The notes beneath the pieces were generated by a model. The model ran no database searches and had not been told where the DNA came from. It saw only the letters and a program-made list of their open reading frames with translations. A stretch of DNA of 61,835 bases, taken from contig JASFYY010000009.1 of NCBI GenBank assembly GCA_045046875.1, positions 1 through 61,835 of the forward strand, in the 5' to 3' direction. This DNA is from Verrucomicrobiota bacterium. GTDB lineage: Bacteria > Verrucomicrobiota > Verrucomicrobiia > Verrucomicrobiales > DEV007. Shown here in pieces: positions 1-8,714 of this stretch (its first letter is position 1; each line of letters starts with the position of its first letter). The translations under genes and the position numbers were made by a program.

Positions 1-1
1 T

Positions 2-241
2 GATCGTGCCTGGGAAGATTATACTCATTGGCAGCAATATGATCGAAAAATACTGAAAAAGATCAATGCTCTTTTAGCGGATATTGGGCGTGATAAACCC
101 TACGAAGGTATAGGTAAGCCCGAGCCTCTGAAACATGCGTTTTCTGGATTCTGGTCTAGGCGGATTACTGACGAGCATCGTCTGATTTATAGAGTTAGCG
201 ATGACATTATTGAGGTAGCGCAAGCAAGGTATCATTACTGA
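2..241 (+). CDS. yoeB: Txe/YoeB family toxin (5'-truncated by window edge)
   Basis: Not in the ORF track. Frame 2 reads DRAWEDYTHWQQYDRKILKKINALLADIGRDKPYEGIGKPEPLKHAFSGFWSRRITDEHRLIYRV...RYHY*, with YoeB hallmarks GIGKPEPLK, WSRRI.EHRL.Y and terminal RYHY. Confidence 0.93.
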   Translation, partial: DRAWEDYTHWQQYDRKILKKINALLADIGRDKPYEGIGKPEPLKHAFSGFWSRRITDEHRLIYRVSDDIIEVAQARYHY

Positions 242-248
242 AAAGACA

Positions 249-373
249 ATCGAACAAGACATCGATCCTAACGTTTGAATCGCTGCGAATCGAAATGTTC
301 ATGACCATTCAACCATCAACCGCGAAGTCGAATCGTGCTCTCGGTCAGGCGTAGGATGACTCGCACCTTCCTT
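249..373 (+). other. Degenerate attC-like integron recombination site
   Basis: Begins 8 nt after the yoeB stop. Left arm GAAC-AAGAC-ATCGATCCTAAC versus reverse complement of right arm GAAG-GTGCGA-GTC-ATCCTA-C, leaving an unpaired G. An imperfect inner stem follows. The R' core reads CTT instead of GTT. Confidence 0.5.
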
Positions 374-445
374 CTTACAAAAAAATGGCTAAATTGTAAT
401 AGCTAAGGCCATGTCCTGCGTTCAGTATCAGACATAAGGCAAAAA

Positions 446-754
446 ATGGACACCTTCGTAGTATTACAAATTGGCCAAATCACGATGCTGGCTATGGTGG
501 CAGCGCTTGTATTTAATGCGCTATGTAAGCGCTTTTGGTTAGCCGCGTTGTTTGCGGTCGTTGGCGCCGGCGGTGTGTACACACTTGGCTGTATCATTTA
601 TATGGAGGTGATCATACCCGAAGGGTTGAGTTATTGGGCTAATTTAAGCTATAGAGGAATATTGAGAATGTTGGTTCTCGGATTTGTAGTAGCCGTGGTG
701 CCGGCATTGCTGGTGATCTGCGGGCTTCGTAAAATACGATTTGAGCAGTTCTAG
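446..754 (+). CDS. Small hypothetical membrane protein (~3 TM)
   Basis: 102-aa ORF with three hydrophobic segments; no recognised family. Confidence 0.6.
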   Translation: MDTFVVLQIGQITMLAMVAALVFNALCKRFWLAALFAVVGAGGVYTLGCIIYMEVIIPEGLSYWANLSYRGILRMLVLGFVVAVVPALLVICGLRKIRFEQF

Positions 755-802
755 TGCAATGAAGAAGTTTGAAACTGAGATAAAAACGCTCTATCTGTTT
801 AT

Positions 803-2164
803 ATGAAGATTCCATTTTTGCTACGGGTTGCCTTTTTTGCGCTTGCGCTTGCGATAGTGATTGCGCCCGTCAATGAATCCATGGCCGCACCGCAAGCTCC
901 CAATATTGTGTTCATCCTGAGTGATGACCAGGCGTGGACGGACTATGGTTTTATGGGGCACGCGGATATCAAAACGCCGCATCTCGACCAATTGGCTGCG
1001 CGCAGTCTTGTTTTTGAGCGAGGTTACGTTTCCTCCCCGCTTTGTCGTCCTTCCCTGGCCACGATGGTGACTGGGCTCTACCCGTTTCAACATGGAATCA
1101 CTGGCAATGACGTTGACGGGCGCAACCAGCGCGCCGAGTTGGATCTGCCCTTGCGTGCGGCATTTCACCAGCATCCGAGTTTTATCAAGTTGCTGACTTC
1201 GAACGGATACCTCGCGCATCAGTCAGGCAAGTGGTGGGAGGGATCGTGGCAGGATGGAGGGTTCACCAAAGGTATGACACACGGCGATCCGAAGCGAGGG
1301 GGCCGGCACGGCGATCTGGGATTGAAAATAGGTCGCACGTCGATGAAGCCGGTGACGAATTTTATTGATGCAGCGAGTAAAGCGGAAAAGCCTTTTTTGC
1401 TGTGGTATGCTCCGTTTCTTCCCCATACGCCGCACAACCCTCCAGCGCGGTTGCTGGATAAATATAACAAGCCGGGGCGAGCGGAGGATGTGGCAAAATA
1501 CTATGCGATGTGTGAGTGGTTTGACGAGACCTGCGGTGAATTGCTCGATTACCTGGACAAAAAAGAGCTTACTGAAAATACCATGGTTATCTACATCTGC
1601 GATAATGGATGGGTGGCAAAAAGTGTGAATGCGGGTGATCCGAACCAGAAAATGTGGAAAGGCTATGCCCTGCGCTCGAAAGGTTCGCCGTATGAAAATG
1701 GTGTGCGCACTCCTATTATGGTTTCGTGGCCGGGGCGGGTGAAGCCCGCTCGTTCGGATCAATTAGCGCATGGGATAGATATCTTCCCTACCATAGCCGC
1801 CGCAGCGGGGCTCGAAGCGCCGGAAAATCTGCCTGGGGTCAATTTGCTTGATGCCCAGGCGTTGAAAAAACGCAGGGCTATTTTTGGAGTTTCCAATTCA
1901 ATCCACAACATGACGCCAGGAAAAACGGATGAAACGTTGCAGTATCTCTGGTGCGTCGAAGGTGATTGGAAGCTGCTGCTCCGGTATCCGGGCAAGGATA
2001 CCACGAAATACAAAAATGTACACATTTGGGATACGGCAGCTGTTCGTTTGTATAACTTGAAGGACGATCCTCACGAAAAAAACGAGCTGTCGGGCGAGCA
2101 CCCGGAAATGGTTGAGCATTTGAGAAAGCTGATCGAAGCGTGGCATCCGGTGGATGGGAGGTAG
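803..2164 (+). CDS. Secreted sulfatase (S1 family)
   Basis: Signal peptide; PNIVFILSDD, LCRPSLA..TG, GKWW, DNG, KGSPYENGVRTP, LYNLKDDP.E motifs. Confidence 0.92.
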   Translation: MKIPFLLRVAFFALALAIVIAPVNESMAAPQAPNIVFILSDDQAWTDYGFMGHADIKTPHLDQLAARSLVFERGYVSSPLCRPSLATMVTGLYPFQHGITGNDVDGRNQRAELDLPLRAAFHQHPSFIKLLTSNGYLAHQSGKWWEGSWQDGGFTKGMTHGDPKRGGRHGDLGLKIGRTSMKPVTNFIDAASKAEKPFLLWYAPFLPHTPHNPPARLLDKYNKPGRAEDVAKYYAMCEWFDETCGELLDYLDKKELTENTMVIYICDNGWVAKSVNAGDPNQKMWKGYALRSKGSPYENGVRTPIMVSWPGRVKPARSDQLAHGIDIFPTIAAAAGLEAPENLPGVNLLDAQALKKRRAIFGVSNSIHNMTPGKTDETLQYLWCVEGDWKLLLRYPGKDTTKYKNVHIWDTAAVRLYNLKDDPHEKNELSGEHPEMVEHLRKLIEAWHPVDGR

Positions 2165-2433
2165 CTGGACAAAACGGAGACCGGGCGAGTGGGGTTGTGC
2201 AATCGTGCGCATGCTTTGTGGCGGTGTTTCTATTAAGCTAGCTCCGGGTGTAAGCTGGGGGAGGGATATATAAAACAGAATTCCATATTTCCCTTGTGTA
2301 TTCAGTTATATCGCTATATGATCATTTCGTCTGCTGGTATTTTTATAGGTAAGTTTTTTTGATTTTACAGCGAGAAATTTTCATCTGTTTCTTTTGAGAG
2401 GGTTTGTTGAAAATATGAATTTAAATTTTGTGA

Positions 2434-3402
2434 ATGTCAGCCTTAGCAATGAATCTTGAAAACAGTCAGAAGTCTTGCAAGAACAACAAGGTCGGCTCTG
2501 AAAATAACGGCTTTTTGGCGTCTGCCCACAGCGAGGGAGTTTCGGCGATTTCCAGATCTTCTTCGGAGGATCCCCTTGTCATTGACCTGGCGCCTTCTGA
2601 TCCACCTGACCGGTTCGAGCTCATGTCCGGAAATTTTTACTCGCAAAAGTTAGAGAGATTACTTAATGGCTTCGATCCAATTTCCTTGTCTGATATGGAT
2701 GGAGTGAGCTTGCAAAACCGGACGGATACCAAGTTCATGTTTGGCTATGGTCAATTAATCAGGGCGCTACCTGAGCTAGCCGAGCATTATCGCATTCTTG
2801 AAATAGAAGGTAAGCGTGCGGCAGCCTACCGATCACTGTATTTTGATACGGGCGACGATCTATTTTATAATACTCACCAAAGAGGACGGCTTAATCGCTA
2901 TAAAGTCAGGTGCCGGGAATATGTGGCCAGCGGATTGTGTTTCCTGGAAGTGAAATTTAAAAATAACAAAAAAAGGACAATAAAAAAGCGGATTCAAACC
3001 AAAGCGTTTGAAGAGCATTTTACGCCCGAATCCAGTGAGTTTTTGGATGAAGTATTGCCCTTCTCGCCAGATTTATTGAAGCCGATTTTGTGGAATGAGT
3101 TTACGCGGATCACTTTGGTTCATCGAGTGGATGCCGAGAGATTGACGATTGACATAGGGCTCAAATTCAACAATGAAAGAGGAGCGGAGAGCGTTGGCAG
3201 TCTTATAGTAGGCGAGTTGAAACAAGAGAGATTCCGAGCCTCGTCAGACTTTATCCGGATTATCAAAAGGCAAAGTGTGCGCCCGATGCGAATGAGCAAA
3301 TATTGTGTGGGCAGAGCCTTGCTGAATAAAAGGTTGCGGCAAAATAAATTGAAAGTGAAATTCAAAAAAATTCAAAAAATCAACGATGAAAACTCTGTTT
3401 GA
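2434..3402 (+). CDS. VTC (polyphosphate polymerase/CYTH-like) domain protein; true start may be downstream
   Basis: LQNRTDTKF, YRSLYFDT, RYKVRCREY, FLEVKFK, RLTID, ELK and SKYC motifs typical of bacterial VTC-domain proteins. Confidence 0.85.
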   Translation: MSALAMNLENSQKSCKNNKVGSENNGFLASAHSEGVSAISRSSSEDPLVIDLAPSDPPDRFELMSGNFYSQKLERLLNGFDPISLSDMDGVSLQNRTDTKFMFGYGQLIRALPELAEHYRILEIEGKRAAAYRSLYFDTGDDLFYNTHQRGRLNRYKVRCREYVASGLCFLEVKFKNNKKRTIKKRIQTKAFEEHFTPESSEFLDEVLPFSPDLLKPILWNEFTRITLVHRVDAERLTIDIGLKFNNERGAESVGSLIVGELKQERFRASSDFIRIIKRQSVRPMRMSKYCVGRALLNKRLRQNKLKVKFKKIQKINDENSV

Positions 3403-4144
3403 TATGGTCAACCTGCTGGATGGTGTCAAGATGTTAACTGGTGATGCGCAAGCTGCGATAGGCAAGCTGGCACAGGCGAAGCCCTTGTTGGCAGAGCTAG
3501 ATCTGACTGGGAGTTTTCTTGGAGTGGAGATTTATAATGAATATATGTGGGCTTATTTGTTCCGCCTGGTATTCAATATGACGGTTATTTTGCTGATAGT
3601 CCGTGGTATTTATTATCCTCTGACTAAAAGGAAAAATTACCTGTTCACCTATATCATGATCAGCTTGATTGCGTTCATTGTCTGCCATGCCTTTCAGCGC
3701 TTGGACATGGGATTGGGGATGGCGCTTGGTTTATTCGCCATTTTTGGGATTATTCGCTACCGCACGGACGCGATTGCAATTAAGGAAATGACTTACCTTT
3801 TTGTAGTGATCGGAATTTCTGTGGTCAATGCGCTGGCAGATAATAAATTCAGTTACGCTGAGATGCTTGTCACTAATGGAGTGGTGGTTTGCGCTATTTT
3901 TATATTGGAAAAGGTGTGGTTGCTGCGTCATGAGGCTCGTAAGGTGATTAATTATGAGCGGATTGAATTGGTGAAACCTGAACGGCATGAGGAGCTGATG
4001 CAGGATCTCCGGGCGCGAACAGGGTTGGATATCCACCGTTTCGAAATTGGGCGGATTAATTTCTTGTCTGATACAACCAACATACGTGTTTTTTTCTACA
4101 CCGACAAAGGGGCCAGTGATCAGTACGAAGACTTTGATTTCTAG
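3386..4144 (+). CDS. DUF4956 membrane protein
   Basis: GLGMALGLFAIFGIIRYRT motif, TM helices, C-terminal DLRARTGLDI; overlaps the VTC gene end. Confidence 0.88.
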   Translation: MKTLFDMVNLLDGVKMLTGDAQAAIGKLAQAKPLLAELDLTGSFLGVEIYNEYMWAYLFRLVFNMTVILLIVRGIYYPLTKRKNYLFTYIMISLIAFIVCHAFQRLDMGLGMALGLFAIFGIIRYRTDAIAIKEMTYLFVVIGISVVNALADNKFSYAEMLVTNGVVVCAIFILEKVWLLRHEARKVINYERIELVKPERHEELMQDLRARTGLDIHRFEIGRINFLSDTTNIRVFFYTDKGASDQYEDFDF

Positions 4145-4209
4145 GCAGGTTGTCTGACGGGAGTCGGGTAGAGAGGTGAGAGCAAACAAATACAAATAAA
4201 TAGGTAGAG

Positions 4210-5394
4210 ATGATGTTAAACAAGGCTGGGCCAATTAGGAGTGCCGTTCAAGTCTGTGTAGTGATCGCCTTTTTGTGTGGCTCTAGTGTCTCTTCAAAAG
4301 GGGGGGAGGATAAAGCCATAAAGAAGAAGCGGGATGTTTCGGACAGTGCCTGGAGCTACTTGGATTTGTGGGATCATACGACTTTGTATTCGTCCTCCAA
4401 AAAGAAAAACCCTTATGTGCAAACAGTGAAGATCATTGGGCGCTACAATGGGCAGTATCATTACATTGATTCTAATCGAGGCAATGACGATGGCTGGGAA
4501 AATCGGAGAATTCGTTTGGGGGCGCAGATCGATTTTTTGAGTAGCTTCAAGTTCAAGGCAATGTGGAATGTGCAGGATCCACAAAATTTTGAAGGGCCAT
4601 TCCTCAATGATTTGGATGTGTTTTATATTGATTGGAAAGTGTCGAAGGCTCTTTCTTTCCGGATAGGACGCCAGAAGTCCAAAGTTTCCCAGGAACGTGC
4701 AACCACTTCAAGGGCAATCCTGACTTTCAATCGCTCATTATTGGTCAATCAGACGACGTTGAATAAAACGCTGGGTTTGACCGGGACGTATAAATTTAAT
4801 GGCAAGTTATGGGCTCAAGCAGGTGTTTTTTCAGATCTCCTTGACGATAAATTTCACTCATTTGAAGAGAGTGGCAGCGTTGGTGCTTTGATCCGGCTGG
4901 GTTATGACTTGAATAAAAAAACCAAAATGGGATTGGATTATGGTTATTCTAATCGGAAAAAAGGCAGTCGTGAGTTTAAGCGTTACCGTCATGTGATCTC
5001 ATGGAACAGCACTAGCAAATGGGACGGTTATGGTCTGAACACCGACGTGATGTTTGCCCGCGGTTCAGGAGCAAGGAACGGCGACAATATGTATGGATTG
5101 ATGCTCATGCCCTGGTACGATATCAGTAAAAAGCTTCAGGGGGTGTTTCGATATCAGCTGGTGACTTCAGATTCTGAGAGTGGAATCTTTTTGCAAAAAC
5201 GCTACGAAGCTTTTGCGGTTAATGATGGAGGTGGGCGCCGAGGTGATTTGTATAATTCTTTTTATGCGGGGCTCAATTACAGGCTTAACAAAGATAAACT
5301 GAAATTAATGTTGGGATCAGAATACTCAAATATGAGCGGGAGAGATTATTATTCCGGGTGGACTTATTGGTCGGGGGTTCGTATTTATTGGTGA
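4210..5394 (+). CDS. Outer-membrane porin, phosphate-selective OprO/P-like
   Basis: Signal peptide, RRIRLG motif, amphipathic beta strands, aromatic C-terminus (VRIYW). Confidence 0.7.
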   Translation: MMLNKAGPIRSAVQVCVVIAFLCGSSVSSKGGEDKAIKKKRDVSDSAWSYLDLWDHTTLYSSSKKKNPYVQTVKIIGRYNGQYHYIDSNRGNDDGWENRRIRLGAQIDFLSSFKFKAMWNVQDPQNFEGPFLNDLDVFYIDWKVSKALSFRIGRQKSKVSQERATTSRAILTFNRSLLVNQTTLNKTLGLTGTYKFNGKLWAQAGVFSDLLDDKFHSFEESGSVGALIRLGYDLNKKTKMGLDYGYSNRKKGSREFKRYRHVISWNSTSKWDGYGLNTDVMFARGSGARNGDNMYGLMLMPWYDISKKLQGVFRYQLVTSDSESGIFLQKRYEAFAVNDGGGRRGDLYNSFYAGLNYRLNKDKLKLMLGSEYSNMSGRDYYSGWTYWSGVRIYW

Positions 5395-5447
5395 TCGTTG
5401 TGTGATTCAATTCGCAGGGGGCGATCATTTGTGATAGGTTTGTTGGC

Positions 5448-6332
5448 ATGAAAATCCCGCTATCGTGGTCACTTGTTTTATCCTGCGCTTTGATTATGGC
5501 CATGAGTCCTCTGGTATATGCAGAAAATGAAAAGTTGATTTTGAATTTGCGTACGCGTTCAAAGGCCGGTGACGAGGTGGTGGAGAAAACCGAGCGGTGG
5601 CAGGCAAAAAAAACGGCTTTGATTGTCTGTGATATGTGGAATGACCACTGGTGCCGTTCGGCTTCGCGGCGAGTGGAGGAAATGGCAGGGGCTTTGAACG
5701 AGACGGTCAAAGCAGCGCGTGAAAAAGGAATTTTAATTATCCACGCGCCCAGTTCGGTGACGGATTTTTATCAGGGGACGCCGCAACGGCAACTGGCACA
5801 AAAAGCGGCTTTTGCCAAAACGCCAATTGAGCTTTCCACCAAGGACCGCTGGGGAACGAAGTGGTGTTGGCCTGATCCTGAGTTTGAGGGGGTATTGCCG
5901 ATCGATGACTCGGATATGGGCTGCAGTTGCAAAGAACCAAAATGCGAGATTCGTTCAGCTTGGACACGTCAGAATAAGCTGATCGACATCGCTGAGGGTG
6001 ACGCGATCACTGATGACGGTCAGGAAACTTGGAACCTGTTGCAGCAGCGGGGGATTGAAAACGTTATTCTTTGTGGCGTGCATTTGAATATGTGCGTGCT
6101 GGGGCGGCCTTTTGGTATTCGTCAGATGGTGAAGTTGGGCAAGAGAGTGGCTTTGATGAGGGATATGACGGATACCATGTATAACCCGAGCCGTCCGCCG
6201 GGAGTGGACCACTTCAGCGGAACGGATTTGATCGTTGAGCACGTTGAGAAATACTGGTGCCCGTCATTCACCAGTGCGGACATCACAGGAAAAAAAGCAT
6301 TCCGTTTTGCCGGAGATGTGCGAGAGAAATAA
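5448..6332 (+). CDS. Secreted isochorismatase-like cysteine hydrolase
   Basis: KTALIVCDMW and GVHLNMCV motifs; signal peptide. Confidence 0.8.
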   Translation: MKIPLSWSLVLSCALIMAMSPLVYAENEKLILNLRTRSKAGDEVVEKTERWQAKKTALIVCDMWNDHWCRSASRRVEEMAGALNETVKAAREKGILIIHAPSSVTDFYQGTPQRQLAQKAAFAKTPIELSTKDRWGTKWCWPDPEFEGVLPIDDSDMGCSCKEPKCEIRSAWTRQNKLIDIAEGDAITDDGQETWNLLQQRGIENVILCGVHLNMCVLGRPFGIRQMVKLGKRVALMRDMTDTMYNPSRPPGVDHFSGTDLIVEHVEKYWCPSFTSADITGKKAFRFAGDVREK

Positions 6333-6342
6333 AGATTTGTGA

Positions 6343-6867
6343 TTGATGGCAGGAAGGATGAAGGCGGTTACTTTGATGCGCTCGGGACAGGATTTGCCGA
6401 ATGAGCATTGTTATGTGTTAGCGCGGGGAGGGGGGTGGTTTTTGATCCAAAAAATAAGTGAATTTCATTTGGATGGTTTTTCGCTGATTGCCGAGCAGAC
6501 GGTAGAGAGCATAAGATACAATAAGTTTGATAAAAAATTAGAGCAAATATTGGTGTTTGGAGGAGTGGATAAAAAGGTTCAAAGCTATGAATTATCTTTG
6601 AATGGCAATATTAGGTTATTTGGCCAGTTAATGAATTCAGGCCAGCTTATTTCCCTGGAAGATGAAGCTGATGATGGTCGTTATGTAATTGGAAAAATTC
6701 GGAAGGTTCAAAAGAAACAAGTTTCTTTCCAGCACTTTGATGCGGCGGGAAAGTGGTTTAAGCGCAATACGGTTTTTGAGTATTCGGAGATGACCAAGGT
6801 CAGTTTTGGAGGAGAATACGAAATTATGTGGCAGCGTTATTTGGAGGAAGGGGGAGCGATTCTCTAA
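6343..6867 (+). CDS. Hypothetical protein
   Basis: 174-aa ORF starting 10 nt after the previous stop, AT-richer; no function recognised. Confidence 0.65.
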   Translation: MMAGRMKAVTLMRSGQDLPNEHCYVLARGGGWFLIQKISEFHLDGFSLIAEQTVESIRYNKFDKKLEQILVFGGVDKKVQSYELSLNGNIRLFGQLMNSGQLISLEDEADDGRYVIGKIRKVQKKQVSFQHFDAAGKWFKRNTVFEYSEMTKVSFGGEYEIMWQRYLEEGGAIL

Positions 6868-6938
6868 ATGCGCGATGTATTTTGATTTTGTCCGCAGTTG
6901 ATAGGGCGGAGGATTGAGCCGCGGATGTCGAGCAACAT

Positions 6939-7122
6939 CATTTCGCCCTTTTAGGGCTGGTAATATAATCGGTTTAACCCCAGCGCTTCGCACTGGGCTA
7001 TTACATTTTGTCCTTACAGGACAGTTTGCTTTCATCTTTTTGCACAACGGTGCTCAATGATATAGCCCAGTGCGAAGCGCTGGGTAAAAATCCAATTCTT
7101 GCAGCCCCGCAAGGGTGAAATG
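6939..7122. repeat. REPIN-like nested palindromic element
   Basis: Perfect 23-bp inverted repeat CCCAGCGCTTCGCACTGGGCTAT (6979-7001 / 7062-7084) inside a 21-bp imperfect IR (6939-6959 / 7102-7122); each arm is itself a small hairpin. Confidence 0.85.
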
Positions 7123-7311
7123 CATAGCGGTCAGCAGCTTAATTATTTTGTCTTACACCTTACCTGCGAAGTTGCGAATTCATTAGATTGACTTGCTGAT
7201 GGGAGAAGGCAATGGGCAGGGAGGATGACAAATATGGAAATTTGTCTTACGAATGGTTAAACTATCTAGTCTGTGGTTTGCTGGCGCGGATCTTACAGAG
7301 AGAAATAGAAA

Positions 7312-8679
7312 TTATTTCCCTTCTAAATGCCAATCGTGGCCGTCAGCCATGATGCTGGCGTTGATGTCGAGCAGCTTCTTTTTCAGGGATTCCAGTTGTT
7401 TGGGTTGTTTGGCCGCGAGGTTGTTGTTTTGGGCGGGATCGTCCTTGAGGTTGAAGAGTTGGTAATTTTTGTAAGTTCCGTTCTTGATGGAGGGGATCCA
7501 AGCTTCTTGAAACATATTGTTTTTCGAAACCTCAAAGTCGGGTTCGGCGACGAGGGAGTAATCTCCATCGCGCAGGGCGACGATCGGGCGGGCTTTTTGT
7601 AAATGCCAGAACAGGGCTTGCTGACGGTGGAATGAACCGGGGCGTCCTTTTAACAGGGCAGAAAGGTCGGCGCCGTCGAGGTGGACGCCCTTGGGTTTGT
7701 TCAGATTCAGTAGCCCGCAAACGGTGGGCAGCACGTCAACCAAACCTGCCGGGGTGTGGTCGACGCGGTTTGACGAAATGACCCCAGGCCAATGGAAGAT
7801 GCCTGGCACCCGGATGCCTCCTTCCCAGTTCATTCCTTTGTGACCGCGCAGCCCCCCGGTGCGATCGTCGCGGTAGCTGCCGTTATCGGAGCCGTAAATG
7901 ATGAGGGTGTTTTTTGGGTCGTCGATTTGCTTGAGCCTGGCCAGGAGGCGGCCGATGGCGCGGTCGGTGTTGTCGATGGTGCCGGAATAGACTGCTCCCT
8001 TATCCTTTGGCTTACCATATTCGGAAACCAATTCCTGTGGAGCGGCAATGGGGGCGTGCGGCTCGTGAAACCAAAGGTTGAGGAAAAAAGGCTTTTTGGG
8101 ATCGCGGTGCTGGTCAAGCCAGGTGAGCGCTTCGTCGACGACGATCTGACAGGAGTAACCTTTGATCTCGCCAAGGGCTTTGCCGTTGCGGATGAAGTTG
8201 TTTGGGTTGTGATGACTGGGCGAGGCGTTGTTGGCGGTGGCAAACCAGTAATCGAAGCCGTGTTGGTCGGGGGTGGGTTTGTCGCGTTCTTTGGTGGGCA
8301 GCCCGAGATGCCATTTGCCGATGTGGGCAGTGGAGTAGCCTGCTTCTTTGAGGATTTCAGCGAGAGTGATTTCGCGTTCGAGAAGGTGGGAGTTCTGGGA
8401 TTCGTCATGGATCCAACTGTAAACGCCCGCCCGGATATGATGACGGCCAGTGAGCAGCACGGCACGTGAGGGGGAGCATACCGCGCAACCGGAGTAAAAG
8501 TCGCTGAAGCGGGTACCGCCTGCAGCGAGGGAATCGATGTTGGGGGTTTGAACCGGGCCACCGTAGCAGCCGACGTCCTGATAACCCAGATCATCGGAAA
8601 GCAGCATGACGACATTGGGTGCGGCTTGGGTTGAGCCGAGTATTGCAAAAAAGAGGGCGAGGGAAAAGAAGTGTTTCAT
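7312..8679 (-). CDS. Secreted sulfatase (arylsulfatase A-like)
   Basis: PNVVMLLSDDLG, CSPSRAVLLTGR, GKWHLG, HEPH, SDNG, WEGGIRVP. Confidence 0.95.
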   Translation of the reverse strand: MKHFFSLALFFAILGSTQAAPNVVMLLSDDLGYQDVGCYGGPVQTPNIDSLAAGGTRFSDFYSGCAVCSPSRAVLLTGRHHIRAGVYSWIHDESQNSHLLEREITLAEILKEAGYSTAHIGKWHLGLPTKERDKPTPDQHGFDYWFATANNASPSHHNPNNFIRNGKALGEIKGYSCQIVVDEALTWLDQHRDPKKPFFLNLWFHEPHAPIAAPQELVSEYGKPKDKGAVYSGTIDNTDRAIGRLLARLKQIDDPKNTLIIYGSDNGSYRDDRTGGLRGHKGMNWEGGIRVPGIFHWPGVISSNRVDHTPAGLVDVLPTVCGLLNLNKPKGVHLDGADLSALLKGRPGSFHRQQALFWHLQKARPIVALRDGDYSLVAEPDFEVSKNNMFQEAWIPSIKNGTYKNYQLFNLKDDPAQNNNLAAKQPKQLESLKKKLLDINASIMADGHDWHLEGK

Positions 8680-8714
8680 GAGGCTACTTTTGTTAGATGG
8701 GCGAGTGAAGGAGT

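Noticed and set aside
74..262. 62-aa minus-strand ORF
   Set aside because: Antisense shadow of the clear yoeB frame.
6939..7122. CRISPR array
   Set aside because: Repeats are inverted, not direct with spacers; no cas genes.
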